Positions 45,530 to 58,274 are shown, numbered from the stretch's first letter. The stretch is DNA of 64,000 nucleotides from an uncultured Methylophaga sp. (GCA_937877715.1 CALEHW010000066.1:968-64967), one strand, 5' to 3'. Made by a program: numbers and translations. Notes: generated from the letters alone by a model not told the origin.

Positions 45530-47941
45530 CTATTCTGCAGCTCCGCTTGCTGTCGGCTCTTTAGGAGCCTTTTCAGTAGGCTTTGGTGCAGGTTTCTCTT
45601 TAGTCTGAGCAGGCTTCTCAGCAGGCTTCTTAGGAGGCTGTTTTGTCTTACTATCCCTCTTTTCGGTTACTGGAGATGATTTTGAGTCACTCCTTGGCGC
45701 ATCACTGGAAGCAGTCTCATTTTTTGCCACTTTCTCGGTTGCCGGTTTCGTGGCTCTGCCTCTGTTCTCGTTAGCAGGTTTAGGTTTCTGCTGCCCCTCA
45801 CTTTTTTGCGGAGCTGGCTTTTCGCCCTTTGTTTCGGTTTGCTGAGAGCTGTTCTGCTGTTGACCCTGATCTTTTCCCTGCTGCTGCCTTCCGCGATTGC
45901 CACCAGAGCGTGAACGTCTTCTTTTCTGTCCTTGACCTTGTTTGCCCTGACCTTGACCCTGCTTCTGTCCCTGTCCCTGTCCCTGTTTTTGCCCCTGCTG
46001 CTCTCCCTGACTCTGGTTGCCTCTCTGCTCTTGTTTTTCGCCACCGCCTCGTTTGGACTGGGAGCGACTTCTGTTGCCCTGGCCACGACGAGAGGGGTGT
46101 CTGCCACCGCCGCTGCTACGATTTCCGCCCTGGCGATCTCTCCCGCGCCCACGGCCACGATTGCGCTGATTGGAGGATCTTCTCTTCTCTTCCTCCTCTC
46201 TCTTTTTCTTCTCTTCCTTGCCTCCACCAAATAGGGTGTTGAAGAGTTTTTTGATAAAGGATGGGGACTCCTCCGTCTGTTTTTTCTGGGGTTGTGGTTT
46301 TCTCTTTCTCTCTACCTGAGGGGCTGGTGCGGACGGCATGATCTCACTAACAGCAGGCTTGTCACGTTGTGCTGTGGCCGCCTCACTTATGATCTCATCT
46401 CTCTCCTGTGGATGCTCCTCTACACGCTGGTAACTGGGGCGCCTGTCCTGCTCTTTGTCCTGAGCTCCCGATTTTGCCTTTGCGCGTTCAATGCTGTAAT
46501 GAGGGGTTTCCAGTGAGTGGTTGGGGATAAGGATAATAGAGACATTGCAGCGTGACTCCATCTCGGAGATTGTGTCACGTTTCTCGTTTAGCAGATAGGT
46601 TGCTACAGGGATAGGAAGCTGGGCTGTAACCTGCCCAACTCCATCCTTTAGAGACTCCTCCTGAATCAGACGCAGGACCGAGAGGGCGATTGACTGAGTG
46701 CCACGAATAGTTCCCTGTCCACTACAGCGAGGGCAGACGTTATGTGCGGATTCACCAAGAGATGGGCGTAGGCGCTGGCGTGACATCTCCAGCAGACCAA
46801 AGCGGGAGATTCGTCCGACCTGAACTCGTGCCCGATCATACTGCAGGGCGTCCCTCAGACGGTTCTCAACTGCGTGTTGGTTTTTGCTCGCCCGCATATC
46901 GATAAAGTCGATTACCACAAGTCCACCACTATCCCTGAGGCGCAGTTGACGGGCGATCTCGTCAGCCGCTTCGAGGTTGGCGTTGAGGGCGGTCTCCTCG
47001 ATGTTGCTCCCCTTGGTTGCCCGAGCGGAGTTGATATCAATTGAGATCAGGGCCTCGGTGGGATCAATTACGATTGAGCCTCCAGACGGTAGTCGTACCT
47101 CTCTCTGAAAGGCGGACTCGAGCTGACTCTCAACCTGGAAGCGGGTGAAGATTGGCGATCCATCCTGATAGTGTTTCAGCTTTTTCAAGTTGCGTGGCAT
47201 CACTCGTGACATGAATTCATGAGCGGTGTGATAGGTGTCCTCATCATCGATTAGGATCTCACCGATATCATCACGCAGGTAATCACGGATGGCACGGATG
47301 ACGATATCACTCTCACGGTAGATCAGGAAGGGGGCCGGTTTCTCAGCCGCACTCTCGATACTGCTCCAGATCTGATGCTGATAATCAAGGTCCCACTGCA
47401 GCTCCTCGGTTGTCTTGCCAACCCCGGCGGTACGGATGATGGCACCTGACCCTTTGGGGATATTCATATCGCGCATTGCGGAACGGAGCTCCTGGCGCTC
47501 TTTGCCCTCGATTCTGCGAGAGATGCCGCCAGCGCGGGGGTTATTGGGCATGTAGACGAGATAACGTCCAGCCATGCTGACGAAGGTCGTCAACGCAGCC
47601 CCTTTATTGCCGCGCTCCTCCTTCTCGATTTGAATGATGACCTCTTGCCCCTCACTTACCGCATTGGCAATATTCGGGCGGCCGCCACCATCGGATGCAC
47701 CATCCTTGAAATAGTTGCGGGAGATCTCCTTGAAGGGGAGGAATCCGTGTCGATCGCAACCATAGTTGACAAAGGCTGCCTCCAGACTGGGTTCAACGCG
47801 GGTGATCTTGCCCTTGTAGATGTTGCCCTTTTTCTTTTCATAAGCGGCGCTTTCGATATCAAGGTCGTAAAGATGCTGGCCATCGACCAGTGCAACACGC
47901 AACTCTTCCTGTTGAGTCGCATTCATTAAAATTCTTTTCAT
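45530..47941 (-). CDS. rne: ribonuclease E
   Basis: [35 protein letters not shown] Zn link, membrane-targeting helix [12 protein letters not shown], disordered C-terminus. Confidence 0.97.
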   Translation of the reverse strand: MKRILMNATQQEELRVALVDGQHLYDLDIESAAYEKKKGNIYKGKITRVEPSLEAAFVNYGCDRHGFLPFKEISRNYFKDGASDGGGRPNIANAVSEGQEVIIQIEKEERGNKGAALTTFVSMAGRYLVYMPNNPRAGGISRRIEGKERQELRSAMRDMNIPKGSGAIIRTAGVGKTTEELQWDLDYQHQIWSSIESAAEKPAPFLIYRESDIVIRAIRDYLRDDIGEILIDDEDTYHTAHEFMSRVMPRNLKKLKHYQDGSPIFTRFQVESQLESAFQREVRLPSGGSIVIDPTEALISIDINSARATKGSNIEETALNANLEAADEIARQLRLRDSGGLVVIDFIDMRASKNQHAVENRLRDALQYDRARVQVGRISRFGLLEMSRQRLRPSLGESAHNVCPRCSGQGTIRGTQSIALSVLRLIQEESLKDGVGQVTAQLPIPVATYLLNEKRDTISEMESRCNVSIILIPNHSLETPHYSIERAKAKSGAQDKEQDRRPSYQRVEEHPQERDEIISEAATAQRDKPAVSEIMPSAPAPQVERKRKPQPQKKQTEESPSFIKKLFNTLFGGGKEEKKKREEEEKRRSSNQRNRGRGRGRDRQGGNRSSGGGRHPSRRGQGNRSRSQSKRGGGEKQEQRGNQSQGEQQGQKQGQGQGQKQGQGQGKQGQGQKRRRSRSGGNRGRQQQGKDQGQQQNSSQQTETKGEKPAPQKSEGQQKPKPANENRGRATKPATEKVAKNETASSDAPRSDSKSSPVTEKRDSKTKQPPKKPAEKPAQTKEKPAPKPTEKAPKEPTASGAAE

Positions 47942-48470
47942 TATCAAGTTCTCTATTTTTCGTTCCGGCAAGAACCGACGGAGTCAGCCATAGGCCGGCT
48001 ACCAAATCAGAGAGACTCGGGATGGAGGGGAAAATCGATCAGACAGGGGAGTAGGTGATCGAGAATATGATTCTCGTATTACAGGGTAAAATAACTTGTT
48101 TCTCTATTATAAAACACTTAGTTACTGTTCTGTTTACCATTTGTGAGATCAATGTCTCACAAGCTTGACACGGCATCACCATGTCAGAAATATATTCCTC
48201 TGCTGAAGATGACTCTCAAAACCTTCTGTTCTGGTCTCTCTTCACAACGTGTTCTTCCGGACCGTCTTGTTCTATTCTCGATTACCCCATCAAATGACAG
48301 GGTCTGCCCATTAAATTCTTTTAATTACATCACTCTCAAAGCATGGGCATTCAATAATGTCTCCATGTTTTTGGTTTTCCAAACTTATTATGGTTTACTC
48401 ACAATGAGTAGTGTGGTCTCGAACTATACCAGTGAATTCTTTACTCCGCAATCGGTTAAAATGTCTCCCT

Positions 48471-49433
48471 ATGAAATCCACAGCAGAAAATCACCAGGTA
48501 CGCTACCTTGAAATCGGGGCGGAACAGCACGGGCAACGGATTGACAACTTTCTGATTACCAAACTCAAAGGGGTCCCCAAGAGCCGTATCTACCGTATCA
48601 TCAGGAAGGGTGAGGTGCGGGTCAACAAGAAGCGGGTAAAACAGACCAGCCGGCTGCAACAGGGTGACTTGGTGCGGATTCCACCGATACGCACTGCAGG
48701 GAAGTGTGCCCCGCTAGCCAGATCATCGGTCAAGTGGATTGAGGATGCCATTCTCTATGAGGACAATCTGCTGCTGGTGCTGGATAAACCATCGGGTATT
48801 GCGGTCCATGGTGGCTCCGGAATTAGTTACGGGGTAATCGAGGCGCTACGTGCCCTGCGCAGCGAGGCGGTCAATTATGAGTTGGTTCACCGCCTGGACC
48901 GTGCAACCTCCGGAGTGTTGCTGATTGCAAAAAAGAGGAGTGCGCTACGATTTATGCATGATCTGATTCGTGATCACGGAATGGAGAAGCGTTATCTGGC
49001 GCTGATGGCAGGAAAGATGCGCAAGTCCAAGGTGGTGCTGGCACCACTGAGCAAGAGTATGTTGCGTTCGGGGGAGCGTATGGTGCGGGTCGATCCTGAG
49101 GGCAAGAGTGCCGAGAGTCGTTTTATCCCGCGCCTGTCCTGTGAATCCTCTACTCTGGTAGAGGTGGAGATTGTGACCGGCCGCACCCACCAGATTCGGG
49201 TCCATGGGGCCCATATAGGACACCCGCTGGCAGGGGATGAGCGTTACGGTCTGCAAGAGTACAACCAGCAGATGTCCGACATGGGGCTGGGGCGCCTCTT
49301 TCTGCACGCCCGGGAGCTGGTCTTTCCCCATCCTGCAGACGGCACCACCATGCGAATCGAGGCCCCGCTTCCACAGCGTCTGGCTGAGGTAGTGGCACGA
49401 ATTGAGAAGAGTGAGTCATGCCGCCACTTTTGA
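48471..49433 (+). CDS. rluC: 23S rRNA pseudouridine synthase RluC
   Basis: GQRIDNFL S4 domain, HRLDRATSG, TGRTHQIRVH; divergent from rne. Confidence 0.95.
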   Translation: MKSTAENHQVRYLEIGAEQHGQRIDNFLITKLKGVPKSRIYRIIRKGEVRVNKKRVKQTSRLQQGDLVRIPPIRTAGKCAPLARSSVKWIEDAILYEDNLLLVLDKPSGIAVHGGSGISYGVIEALRALRSEAVNYELVHRLDRATSGVLLIAKKRSALRFMHDLIRDHGMEKRYLALMAGKMRKSKVVLAPLSKSMLRSGERMVRVDPEGKSAESRFIPRLSCESSTLVEVEIVTGRTHQIRVHGAHIGHPLAGDERYGLQEYNQQMSDMGLGRLFLHARELVFPHPADGTTMRIEAPLPQRLAEVVARIEKSESCRHF

Positions 49434-50095
49434 GTCGCCCTGTTGAGCTGGTCATATTTGACTGGGACGGAACCTTGATGGACTCGGAGGAGGTGATCGT
49501 ACACGCCATGTTGGGGGCGATTGGTGATCTTGGGCTTGAGTCTCGTTCCCATAGCGAGATCAGCAATATTATCGGGCTGGGTCTCAATGAGGCGGTTACC
49601 ACGCTCTATCCGGGAACTGATGAGGCCTTTGCGCAGCAAGTGGCGGATGGCTATCGTGCCCACTTTTTCGGGACCTCACAGGGGAGAGATGATCTATTTC
49701 CGGGGGTTGAGGATCTGCTTGATGGTCTGAAGAGGGATGGGGTAATGATAGCGGTTGCAACCGGCAAGAGTCGCCGCGGTCTTGGTCTGGTGCTGGAGGA
49801 GACCGGGCTGGACAACCTGTTCCACTCTACACGTTGTGCTGATGAGACCTGCTCAAAACCTGATCCGCAGATGGTCAACGAGATTCTCCATGAGCTGCAG
49901 ATCGAAAGGGAGGCTGCCCTGATGGTGGGAGATACAGAGTACGATCTGGTGATGGCGCAGCGGGCCGGGATCCCCTCGATCGGGGTCTGTTACGGGGTTC
50001 ACTCCGCAGAGCGGTTACAGCGCCACGGCCCCATTGCCTGTGTTGAGTCTATTGCAGCAATCAGGGAAATTCTGCCCCTTGCTGCTCCAGCATAG
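49418..50095 (+). CDS. HAD-IA family hydrolase
   Basis: FDWDGTLMDS, ATGKSRRGL, SKPDP, MVGD. Confidence 0.92.
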   Translation: MPPLLSRPVELVIFDWDGTLMDSEEVIVHAMLGAIGDLGLESRSHSEISNIIGLGLNEAVTTLYPGTDEAFAQQVADGYRAHFFGTSQGRDDLFPGVEDLLDGLKRDGVMIAVATGKSRRGLGLVLEETGLDNLFHSTRCADETCSKPDPQMVNEILHELQIEREAALMVGDTEYDLVMAQRAGIPSIGVCYGVHSAERLQRHGPIACVESIAAIREILPLAAPA

Positions 50096-50648
50096 AGACC
50101 AGACGAATAAGCGGTAACCCCATCAGTGCATTGGGGTCATCACCCTCAAGACGCTCGAACAGGGTAATTCCCAACCCCTCCGACTTGAAGCTTCCGGCAC
50201 AATTGTATGGCTCCTCGGCGCGTAGATAGCGTTCGATTCTGTCACTGTCAAGATTGCGGAAATGGACCTGAAATGGCACCATCTCGGTTTGACTCTCTCC
50301 AGTTGACGAGTTGAGGAGGGTCACTCCGGTAAAGAATCGTACGCTGTTTCCCGAGGCTGCCGCAAGTTGCTGGACTGCCTTTTCGTGGGAGCCCGGTTTA
50401 CCCAGGATCTTGCCGTTGATTACGGCAACCTGATCGGATCCGATGATCAGATGAGCCGGATATCTGCGCCCAATCTCTGCCGCCTTCTCCTGGGAGAGAC
50501 GTTCAACCAGTTGTTGCGGGGGCTCTCCATCAAGCGGGCTCTCATCAATATCTGGAGAGCTAGTCTCAAAAGGGAGCCGCAGTCGTGACAGTAGCTCCTT
50601 TCTGAAGGGGGAGCTGGAACCGAGAATCAACGGAAGTGGAAGGTTCAT
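50061..50648 (-). CDS. Maf family nucleotide pyrophosphatase (YceF-like)
   Basis: LILGSSSPFR, IDES, IGSDQV, CAGSFKSEGLG. Confidence 0.93.
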   Translation of the reverse strand: MNLPLPLILGSSSPFRKELLSRLRLPFETSSPDIDESPLDGEPPQQLVERLSQEKAAEIGRRYPAHLIIGSDQVAVINGKILGKPGSHEKAVQQLAAASGNSVRFFTGVTLLNSSTGESQTEMVPFQVHFRNLDSDRIERYLRAEEPYNCAGSFKSEGLGITLFERLEGDDPNALMGLPLIRLVSMLEQQGAEFP

Positions 50649-50701
50649 CTTGTAATTATTCTTTGACTTGTGGGGGGCGAGATCATAACATTTTTACCCT
50701 T

Positions 50702-51217
50702 ATGTCAGATCACTTTCCAAACCAGGCAGACCCGTTTCTGCTTGCATCATCCGCCGCAACAGTCGACCACTCATTTACCATCAAGGAATTTGAGCGTGTA
50801 GCCACACTACTGCTGGAGCAGAGTGGAACAGTAACCGTTCATCTGCGGTTTGGTGTGGATGGGGCGCAGATCCCGTTCCTCTCCGGAGCACTCTCTGTGA
50901 ATCTGCAGATTCCGTGTCAGCGCTGTATGGAGGCGATGACAGTACCTGTCGAGAGCAGTTTCAATATGGGGTTGATACGTAGTGAGGATGAGTCGAAATT
51001 ACTGTCGGAACAGTATGAGCCGCTGCTGGTGGATGGCAAGGCGTTTTCACTGCTGGAATTTGTGGAGGATGAGCTGATCCTGGCGATTCCAGTGGTGGTC
51101 ACCCATGAGCCTGATGAGTGCAGTGCATCCCGATATCTTCAGGATTCGACAGTTATCGAGGATGGAAAGGAGAGGGAGAATCCATTTCAGATTCTGCAAC
51201 ACTTAAAAAGTGACTAA
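50702..51217 (+). CDS. yceD: YceD / DUF177 protein
   Basis: CQRCM, VEDELILAIP, NPF; upstream of rpmF. Confidence 0.9.
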   Translation: MSDHFPNQADPFLLASSAATVDHSFTIKEFERVATLLLEQSGTVTVHLRFGVDGAQIPFLSGALSVNLQIPCQRCMEAMTVPVESSFNMGLIRSEDESKLLSEQYEPLLVDGKAFSLLEFVEDELILAIPVVVTHEPDECSASRYLQDSTVIEDGKERENPFQILQHLKSD

Positions 51218-51343
51218 AGTAACCGTATAAAAGCCAAGCAAAACGGTAGAAATTCAATTATAATTCGCACCACTATTTCGTAGCTACTCAACTGAGTTGC
51301 TGCTTTTTTTATTTTTGTATCCAATTTTGTTGGGAGAGATCCA

Positions 51344-51526
51344 ATGGCTGTACAGAAAAGCAAGAAGACCCGTTCAAGACGTGGCATGCGTCGTTCTCAT
51401 GATGCATTGACCGCTCCATCACTCTCTGTTGACGCAGAGACCGGTGAGACTCACCTGCGTCACCACGTGACCCCAGATGGCTACTACCGTGGCCGTAAAG
51501 TGGTTCAGAACAGCACCGAAGATTAA
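51344..51526 (+). CDS. rpmF: 50S ribosomal protein L32
   Basis: [33 protein letters not shown]. Confidence 0.98.
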   Translation: MAVQKSKKTRSRRGMRRSHDALTAPSLSVDAETGETHLRHHVTPDGYYRGRKVVQNSTED

Positions 51527-51553
51527 CTTCGTTACCTGCAGTCTGTCTGGGGC

Positions 51554-52570
51554 ATGACGGCAACAATCTCTATTGACGCCATGGGCGGTGACTATGGTCT
51601 GGATGTCACCATCCCGGCCTCGCTCCAGGCACTTCGAAAAAATCGTTCACTCAATCTGATCCTTGTGGGGGATCGGGATGAGATCTCTGCGCGTCTGGAG
51701 TCTGCGGACAGCAAGTTCAAGAATAGAATCCAGGTGCATCATGCCTCCCAGCAGGTGGAGATGGATGAGCCCCCATCCAGTGCGCTACGCAAGAAGAGAG
51801 ATTCATCCATGCGTGTAGCCATAAATCTTGTAAAGGATGGCGAGGCGGGCGCCTGTGTCAGTGCCGGAAATACTGGGGCGCTAATGGCTACCTCACGTTT
51901 TGTGCTGAAGATGCTTCCTGGTATTGATCGTCCCGCAATCAGTGCGGCACTCCCCACGGTTTGTGGAACCAGTTACATGCTGGATCTTGGTGCCAATATC
52001 GATGCCACCCCAGAGAGCCTGTTTCAGTTCTCGGTGATGGGAGCGGAGCTTGTAACTGCGATTACAGGCAAGAAGAATCCATCAATCGGTCTGCTCAATA
52101 TCGGTGAAGAGGAGATCAAGGGTAACGAAATGGTCAAGCAGGCCGCGGATATTCTCTCTCGTAGCGATCTTAACTATTACGGTTTTATCGAGGGAGATGA
52201 TATCTATAAGGGAACTGTTGACGTTGTTGTCTGTGACGGTTTTGTGGGAAATATTGCGCTCAAGGCAAGCGAGGGGCTGGCCCATATGGTGAGCCATTTT
52301 ATCAGAACTGGATTCAGTAAAAACTTGCTGACCAAGATCTCTGGCCTGATTGCGCTTCCTGTTTTGAAGGCTTTTCGTAGCCGTATTGAGCCACGCAACT
52401 ATAATGGTGCCAGCCTTCTTGGTCTGCGAGGGATTGTGGTCAAGAGCCATGGAGGCACCGATATAATGGGATTTGGAAATGCGATTAATGTGGCAGTTGC
52501 TGAGGTGGAGCATGCAGTTCCACAGAAGATTGATGCGCATCTGCATCGTACATTTGTCGAGGAAAAATAG
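51554..52570 (+). CDS. plsX: phosphate acyltransferase PlsX
   Basis: DAMGGD, SAGNTGA, DLGAN, DGFVGN, KSHG. Confidence 0.97.
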   Translation: MTATISIDAMGGDYGLDVTIPASLQALRKNRSLNLILVGDRDEISARLESADSKFKNRIQVHHASQQVEMDEPPSSALRKKRDSSMRVAINLVKDGEAGACVSAGNTGALMATSRFVLKMLPGIDRPAISAALPTVCGTSYMLDLGANIDATPESLFQFSVMGAELVTAITGKKNPSIGLLNIGEEEIKGNEMVKQAADILSRSDLNYYGFIEGDDIYKGTVDVVVCDGFVGNIALKASEGLAHMVSHFIRTGFSKNLLTKISGLIALPVLKAFRSRIEPRNYNGASLLGLRGIVVKSHGGTDIMGFGNAINVAVAEVEHAVPQKIDAHLHRTFVEEK

Positions 52571-53526
52571 TGAGCTACTCTAGAATCGTTGGTACTGGTG
52601 GTTATCTGCCGGAGGCAGTTCGCACCAATGCGGACCTGGAAAAGATGATGGATACCTCCGATGAGTGGATTGTGGCTCGAACCGGCATCCGTACCCGCCA
52701 TATTGCTGCCGAGAATGAGACCACCTGTGATCTGGCGGAGCAATCATCCAGGCAGGCCATAGAGGCTGCCGGAATTGATCTCAACGAAATCGATCTAATC
52801 ATTGTGGCAACCACCACCCCAGACAAGATCTTTCCAAGTACCGCGTGCTTGCTACAGCAGAGACTCGATATTCATGGCTGCCCGGCATTTGATGTACAGG
52901 CGGTCTGTACCGGATTTGTCTATGCGCTCTCGGTTGCAGATAACTTTATCCGTGCCGGTTCTGCCAAATGCGCACTGGTTGTTGGTGCGGAGACGCTTTC
53001 CAGGATTGTGGATTGGAATGATCGTGGTACTGCAATTCTGTTTGGGGACGGTTCTGGGGCAGTGGTACTTAAGGCATCGGAGGAGCCTGGTGTTCTCTCT
53101 ACCCATATTCATGCAGATGGTAAATATGAGGAGCTGCTACACGTTCCTGGAGGCATATCCAGTGGTTATGATGGTGAGCCCTATATCGAGATGAAGGGCA
53201 ATGAGGTCTTCAAAATGGCAGTCAATACGCTGGGTCGTATTGTTGATGAGACTCTTGAAGCTAATCAGATGGAGAAGGAGGAGATCGATTGGCTGGTACC
53301 ACATCAGGCGAATACTCGTATCATTGCAGCAACAGCAAGGAAGCTGAAGATGTCGATGGATCATGTCATCCTGACTGTACAGGATCATGGCAACACCTCA
53401 GCTGCCTCGGTACCGCTGGCGCTTAATGAGGGTGTGCGTAGTGGAAAGATCAAAAAGGGGCAGACTATCCTGATGGAGGCTTTTGGTGGTGGCTTTACCT
53501 GGGGATCTGTTTTGGCCCGTCTGTAA
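52570..53526 (+). CDS. fabH: beta-ketoacyl-ACP synthase III
   Basis: AVCTGF, FGDG, PHQAN, GNTSAAS. Confidence 0.97.
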   Translation: MSYSRIVGTGGYLPEAVRTNADLEKMMDTSDEWIVARTGIRTRHIAAENETTCDLAEQSSRQAIEAAGIDLNEIDLIIVATTTPDKIFPSTACLLQQRLDIHGCPAFDVQAVCTGFVYALSVADNFIRAGSAKCALVVGAETLSRIVDWNDRGTAILFGDGSGAVVLKASEEPGVLSTHIHADGKYEELLHVPGGISSGYDGEPYIEMKGNEVFKMAVNTLGRIVDETLEANQMEKEEIDWLVPHQANTRIIAATARKLKMSMDHVILTVQDHGNTSAASVPLALNEGVRSGKIKKGQTILMEAFGGGFTWGSVLARL

Positions 53527-53565
53527 TTAACTACTCCTGTAACCATTTAGAAAGGATAGGCAGTC

Positions 53566-54504
53566 ATGAAATTAGCATTTGTATTTCCCGGTCAGGGCTC
53601 ACAATCGGTCGGTATGCTTTCTGAACTTGCCGACAGTTACACGGTTGTCGGTGAAACCTTCAGTGAGGCATCTGATGCCTTAGGTATGGATCTGTGGGGC
53701 CTGGTTCAACAAGGGCCAAAAGAGAGCCTGAACCAGACTACCAATACACAACCGGCCATGCTCGCTGCCGGGGTTGCCACCTGGAGAGTCTGGAATCAGC
53801 AGATGGATATCCGGCCCTCAATAATGGCTGGCCACAGTCTGGGAGAGTATTCAGCTCTGGTCTGTGCAGGGGCACTCAATTTTGGAGATGCAGTCAAATT
53901 GGTTGCTGAGCGTGGCAGACTGATGCAGGAGGCTGTTCCCGAGGGTGAGGGGGCAATGGCGGCAATTCTGGGGCTGGAGGATGATCAGGTGCGCACTATC
54001 TGTAGTGATGCAGCAGGCAGTGGCGTGGTTGAGGCGGTCAATTTCAACTCTCCCGGGCAGGTGGTGATTGCTGGTAGCGCAGATGCTGTGGGACGTGCCA
54101 TTGAAGCAGCAAAAGGGGCGGGCGCCAAGCGGGCACTTCCACTTCCGGTGAGTGTGCCATCGCACTCTTCACTTATGCATGGTGCAGCAGAACGTTTTGC
54201 GGAGGCAATGGCTCCTGTGGTCATAAACCCACCGGAGATTCCCATCATCAATAATGTTGATGTAAGTGCAGAGGTTGAGCCGGATTCCATTCGTGGAGCT
54301 CTTGCCCGCCAGCTCTATAATCCGGTACGCTGGGTAGAGATTATCAATGAGATGCATCGAGAAGGTGTTGATACATTGATAGAGTGTGGGCCTGGTAAGG
54401 TTCTTGCTGGACTCAATAGACGAATTGAGAGAAGTATGAAGGCGATGGCAGTTTTTGATGCCGGTAGTCTGGAGTCTGCCATTAATACGGTAAATGGAGA
54501 ATAG
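53566..54504 (+). CDS. fabD: ACP S-malonyltransferase
   Basis: FPGQGSQ, GHSLGEY, VSVPSHS. Confidence 0.97.
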   Translation: MKLAFVFPGQGSQSVGMLSELADSYTVVGETFSEASDALGMDLWGLVQQGPKESLNQTTNTQPAMLAAGVATWRVWNQQMDIRPSIMAGHSLGEYSALVCAGALNFGDAVKLVAERGRLMQEAVPEGEGAMAAILGLEDDQVRTICSDAAGSGVVEAVNFNSPGQVVIAGSADAVGRAIEAAKGAGAKRALPLPVSVPSHSSLMHGAAERFAEAMAPVVINPPEIPIINNVDVSAEVEPDSIRGALARQLYNPVRWVEIINEMHREGVDTLIECGPGKVLAGLNRRIERSMKAMAVFDAGSLESAINTVNGE

Positions 54505-54506
54505 TT

Positions 54507-55259
54507 ATGAGTAGTGCTGTCAGTCTTGAGGGTCAGGTTGCACTGGTAACAGGTGCCAGTCGTGGAATTGGGCGCTCTATTGCGCTAAAACTGGGAAAGA
54601 TGGGTGCCTATGTGGTTGGAACTGCAACCTCTGATGGTGGCGCTGAAAATATCTCTGTCTATATGGGGGAAGAGGGTATAAACGGCGAGGGGATGAATCT
54701 AAACGTGACTGATGGTGATGCAGTCAGTGTGATTATCAAGCGTATTGCCGATGAGCATGGTGCAGTAACCATCCTGGTTAACAATGCGGGAATTACCCGT
54801 GACAATCTGTTGATGCGGATGAAAGAGGAGGAGTGGAGCGCCATTATGGATACTAATCTCACCTCTATCTATCGGGTTTCCAAAGCCTGCCTGCGGGGGA
54901 TGATGAAGGCTCGTGCCGGACGCATCATAAGTATTACCTCGGTTGTGGGTGTCATGGGTAATCCTGGGCAGTCCAACTATGCTGCAGCCAAGGCTGGGGT
55001 CATGGGATTCAGCAGGGCGTTGGCTCGTGAGGTTGCCTCTCGTGGCATTACTGTTAATACGGTTGCCCCGGGATTTATCGATACTGATATGACCAAGTCG
55101 TTGCCAGAGGAGCAGAAGGATGCACTAAAGACCCAGATTCCACTGGGTGCATTGGGGCAGCCGGAGGATATTGCAAATGCGGTCGGTTTTCTCGCCTCGG
55201 CAGATGCTTCCTATATCACCGGGCAGAACATCCATGTAAATGGTGGCATGTACATGTAG
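54507..55259 (+). CDS. fabG: 3-oxoacyl-ACP reductase
   Basis: TGASRGIG, NNAGITRD, YAAAK. Confidence 0.97.
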   Translation: MSSAVSLEGQVALVTGASRGIGRSIALKLGKMGAYVVGTATSDGGAENISVYMGEEGINGEGMNLNVTDGDAVSVIIKRIADEHGAVTILVNNAGITRDNLLMRMKEEEWSAIMDTNLTSIYRVSKACLRGMMKARAGRIISITSVVGVMGNPGQSNYAAAKAGVMGFSRALAREVASRGITVNTVAPGFIDTDMTKSLPEEQKDALKTQIPLGALGQPEDIANAVGFLASADASYITGQNIHVNGGMYM

Positions 55260-55380
55260 GAATTGGATACAGACCAAATTAGGTTTTGCAATAGAGAATA
55301 TAGTGGTAAAATCAGCCACAATTTTTCAACCATCGTTGTAAAATTGAAAAGAGATAAACAACAAATCGTAGAGGATTCAA

Positions 55381-55617
55381 ATGAGCGATATTCAAGTACA
55401 GGTTACTAAAATTGTTGCAGAGCAGTTGGGGGTTGATGAGGGTGAGATCAACAATGAGTCATCCTTTGTAGATGATCTTGGTGCAGACTCACTGGACACA
55501 GTTGAGCTGGTGATGGCTCTGGAAGAGGAGTTTGGTTGCGAAATCCCTGATGATGAGGCTGAGAAGATCACCACAGTTCAGCTGGCCATTGACTACATCA
55601 ACAAGGCGAACGGCTAA
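55381..55617 (+). CDS. acpP: acyl carrier protein
   Basis: [14 protein letters not shown]. Confidence 0.98.
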   Translation: MSDIQVQVTKIVAEQLGVDEGEINNESSFVDDLGADSLDTVELVMALEEEFGCEIPDDEAEKITTVQLAIDYINKANG

Positions 55618-55683
55618 CTACGGTAGAACTGCAAATATCGTTTTCACTACGATTATTTGAAAAAGTTGATTGAAGACCGAAAG

Positions 55684-55715
55684 AGCCGCACTTCATGCCA
55701 GAAGTGCGGCTTTTT
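55684..55715 (+). terminator. rho-independent terminator after acpP
   Basis: AGCCGCACTTC-ATGCCA-GAAGTGCGGCT followed by TTTT. Confidence 0.88.
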
Positions 55716-55734
55716 AAATTGATAGGGAAACAAA

Positions 55735-56979
55735 ATGAAGGGTGATAGACGTGTTGTTGTGACAGGGCTGGGAATGGTATCTCCTGTCGGAAATACGGTT
55801 GATGAGAGCTGGAAGAATATTCTTGCTGGAGTGAGTGGGGCTGGGCCGGTCCCCCATTTTGATGCTGCAGAGTTTCCAGTCACCTTCTCATGTTCTGTAA
55901 AAGATAGTTTTGACCCGCTGGAGTACCTAACTAAAAAAGATCTTCGCAAGATGGATGCCTTCATACATTACGGCATGGCTGCCGGAGTTCAGGCCTTCCG
56001 TGACTCCGGACTGGAGATTACGGATGAGAATGCATTCCGTATAGGTGTATCGATAGGTTCCGGTATTGGCGGTCTGCCAGGTATAGAGAAGGGGCGAGAT
56101 TCACTGGTGAATGGCGGCCCCAGAAAGGTATCCCCATTTTTTGTCCCCTCCAATATCATCAATATGGTCTCTGGAAATCTTTCCATCATGATTGGTGCCA
56201 AGGGTCCAAATACCGCCATTGTTACAGCCTGTAGCTCTGCCACCCATAGTATTGGTGATGCGGCACGGATGATCGTCTATGGTGATGCAGATGTAATGAT
56301 TACAGGTGGTGCTGAAAATGCCACCTGCCCAGTTGGACTAAGTGGGTTTGCTCAGGCTAAGGCACTCTCTTCCCGTAATGATGATCCACAAACAGCTAGC
56401 CGCCCATGGGATGTTGACCGTGACGGTTTTGTCTTGGGTGATGGTGCTGGTGTGATGGTGCTTGAGGAGTATGAGCATGCCAAGGCGCGCGGTGCCAATA
56501 TCTATGCCGAGGTGACTGGGTTTGGGATGAGTGGCGATGCTTATCATATGACTTCACCATCACCTGGCGGAGAAGGAGCGTCTCGCTGTATGGACAGTGC
56601 GCTGGCAGATGCTGGTATTAACCCTGAAGAGATTGATTACATAAATGCACATGGTACATCTACCCCGGCAGGTGACCTTGCAGAGACCTCCGCAGTGAAA
56701 AAATCATTTGGTGACCATGCCTATAAGGTTGCGGTCAACTCCACAAAATCGATGACCGGACACCTGTTGGGCGCGGCTGGTGGCATTGAGGCCATCTTCT
56801 CTATTCTTGCAATCAGAGATCAGGTCTCCCCACCTACCACCAACATCTTCAACCAGGATCCGGAGTGTGATCTGGACTATGTTGCCAATACGGCGCGTGA
56901 GATGAAGATTGATGTCGCAATGTCTAATTCGTTCGGCTTTGGTGGAACCAACGGAACTGTTGTCCTGAAAAAGATGTGA
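55735..56979 (+). CDS. fabF: beta-ketoacyl-ACP synthase II
   Basis: [30 protein letters not shown]. Confidence 0.97.
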   Translation: MKGDRRVVVTGLGMVSPVGNTVDESWKNILAGVSGAGPVPHFDAAEFPVTFSCSVKDSFDPLEYLTKKDLRKMDAFIHYGMAAGVQAFRDSGLEITDENAFRIGVSIGSGIGGLPGIEKGRDSLVNGGPRKVSPFFVPSNIINMVSGNLSIMIGAKGPNTAIVTACSSATHSIGDAARMIVYGDADVMITGGAENATCPVGLSGFAQAKALSSRNDDPQTASRPWDVDRDGFVLGDGAGVMVLEEYEHAKARGANIYAEVTGFGMSGDAYHMTSPSPGGEGASRCMDSALADAGINPEEIDYINAHGTSTPAGDLAETSAVKKSFGDHAYKVAVNSTKSMTGHLLGAAGGIEAIFSILAIRDQVSPPTTNIFNQDPECDLDYVANTAREMKIDVAMSNSFGFGGTNGTVVLKKM

Positions 56980-58274
56980 TTGACCTGCTTGCGCTGCATG
57001 CGGCAAATCCGGAGCGCTACCCATATCTGCTTGAGAGTGCTGCATCCAGCAGTGGCGTGCAGTGGGATATCCTTTTCGCCTTTCCGCAACAGACAATAGA
57101 TACTGATGATGGAGGCTTTCTTGCTACGCTGGATGCCAGCTGGAACAGAGCCAGCAAAGATGAGAGGGTAGACAAAAGCATCCCTTTTCGTGGAGGGTGG
57201 TTTCTGTTTCTGGATTACGAACTCGTTCATGAGATTGAGCCGGTACTTTTATCCAGTAAGAAAGAGTCTCGGTCGATTTCCAGATCATATGCCACCCGCA
57301 TACCGGCAGCTATTCTTCAGGAGCACTCAACTGGCCACATCTATTTTATGGACGAGGATGGTGAGCTGACAGATAGAGTCAGGCTCATGCAGGAGGATCT
57401 CTCAAACCCGGAGTCACTACATCACCCAGCAGCGGAAACCATACCAGCCACAATCATTGAGGAGCCATCCGGCAAATTTCTTGATGGTGTCGAGAAGATC
57501 AAACACTATATCGTCGAGGGTGATGTCTTTCAGGTAAATCTCTCCCGCAAGTGGCAGGGTGAGCTCTCTGAGCTGGTAGAGCCATACCAGATATATCAGA
57601 GGCTAAGAGAGAGCAATCCGGCCCCGTTTGCAGGGCTGGCTGTTCGCAATGGCATGGCAGTTATCAGCTCATCTCCCGAGCGGCTGATCAGGGTTACTGA
57701 TGGGGTTGCCGAAACCAGACCCATTGCAGGCACTCATCCACGTAGTGCGGAATCTGATGAGGATGAGAAGCTATCTGAGATGTTGTTGGCACACCCCAAG
57801 GAGCAGGCGGAACACATTATGCTGATTGACCTGGAGCGTAATGATCTGGGCCGTGTCTGCAAACCAGGAACTATCGAGGTGGATGAGTTGATGGTGCTGG
57901 AGAGTTATGCTCATGTCCATCATATCGTATCCAATGTTGGCGGGAAGCTGCAGGATGGCGTTACTCCCGGTGATGTTATTCGTGCGCTCTTCCCGGGTGG
58001 TACCATTACCGGATGCCCCAAGGTGCGCTGTATGGAGATTATAGATGAGCTGGAGCCGGAACCACGCGGCGGATATACAGGGAGTTTCGGCTACCTAAAC
58101 CACAATGGCGATATGGATCTGAATATTCTGATACGAACTATCACCCAAGAGGGTAACACTGTCTCTCTACGTGCGGGTGCCGGTATTGTTCACGACTCCA
58201 TTCCACAGAGAGAGCTGGAGGAGACCCGGGCCAAGGCGAGAGGGATGTTGATGGCGTTGGGGGTTGAGACGTGA
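56976..58274 (+). CDS. pabB: aminodeoxychorismate synthase component I (chorismate-binding)
   Basis: [44 protein letters not shown]; adjacent to pabC. Confidence 0.82.
   Translation: MIDLLALHAANPERYPYLLESAASSSGVQWDILFAFPQQTIDTDDGGFLATLDASWNRASKDERVDKSIPFRGGWFLFLDYELVHEIEPVLLSSKKESRSISRSYATRIPAAILQEHSTGHIYFMDEDGELTDRVRLMQEDLSNPESLHHPAAETIPATIIEEPSGKFLDGVEKIKHYIVEGDVFQVNLSRKWQGELSELVEPYQIYQRLRESNPAPFAGLAVRNGMAVISSSPERLIRVTDGVAETRPIAGTHPRSAESDEDEKLSEMLLAHPKEQAEHIMLIDLERNDLGRVCKPGTIEVDELMVLESYAHVHHIVSNVGGKLQDGVTPGDVIRALFPGGTITGCPKVRCMEIIDELEPEPRGGYTGSFGYLNHNGDMDLNILIRTITQEGNTVSLRAGAGIVHDSIPQRELEETRAKARGMLMALGVET

Noticed and set aside
47942-48470. Long rne-rluC intergenic region and ORF 48143-48511
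   Set aside because: A long structured rne 5' UTR is expected at this locus; the ORF has no recognisable features and I could not define a specific RNA.
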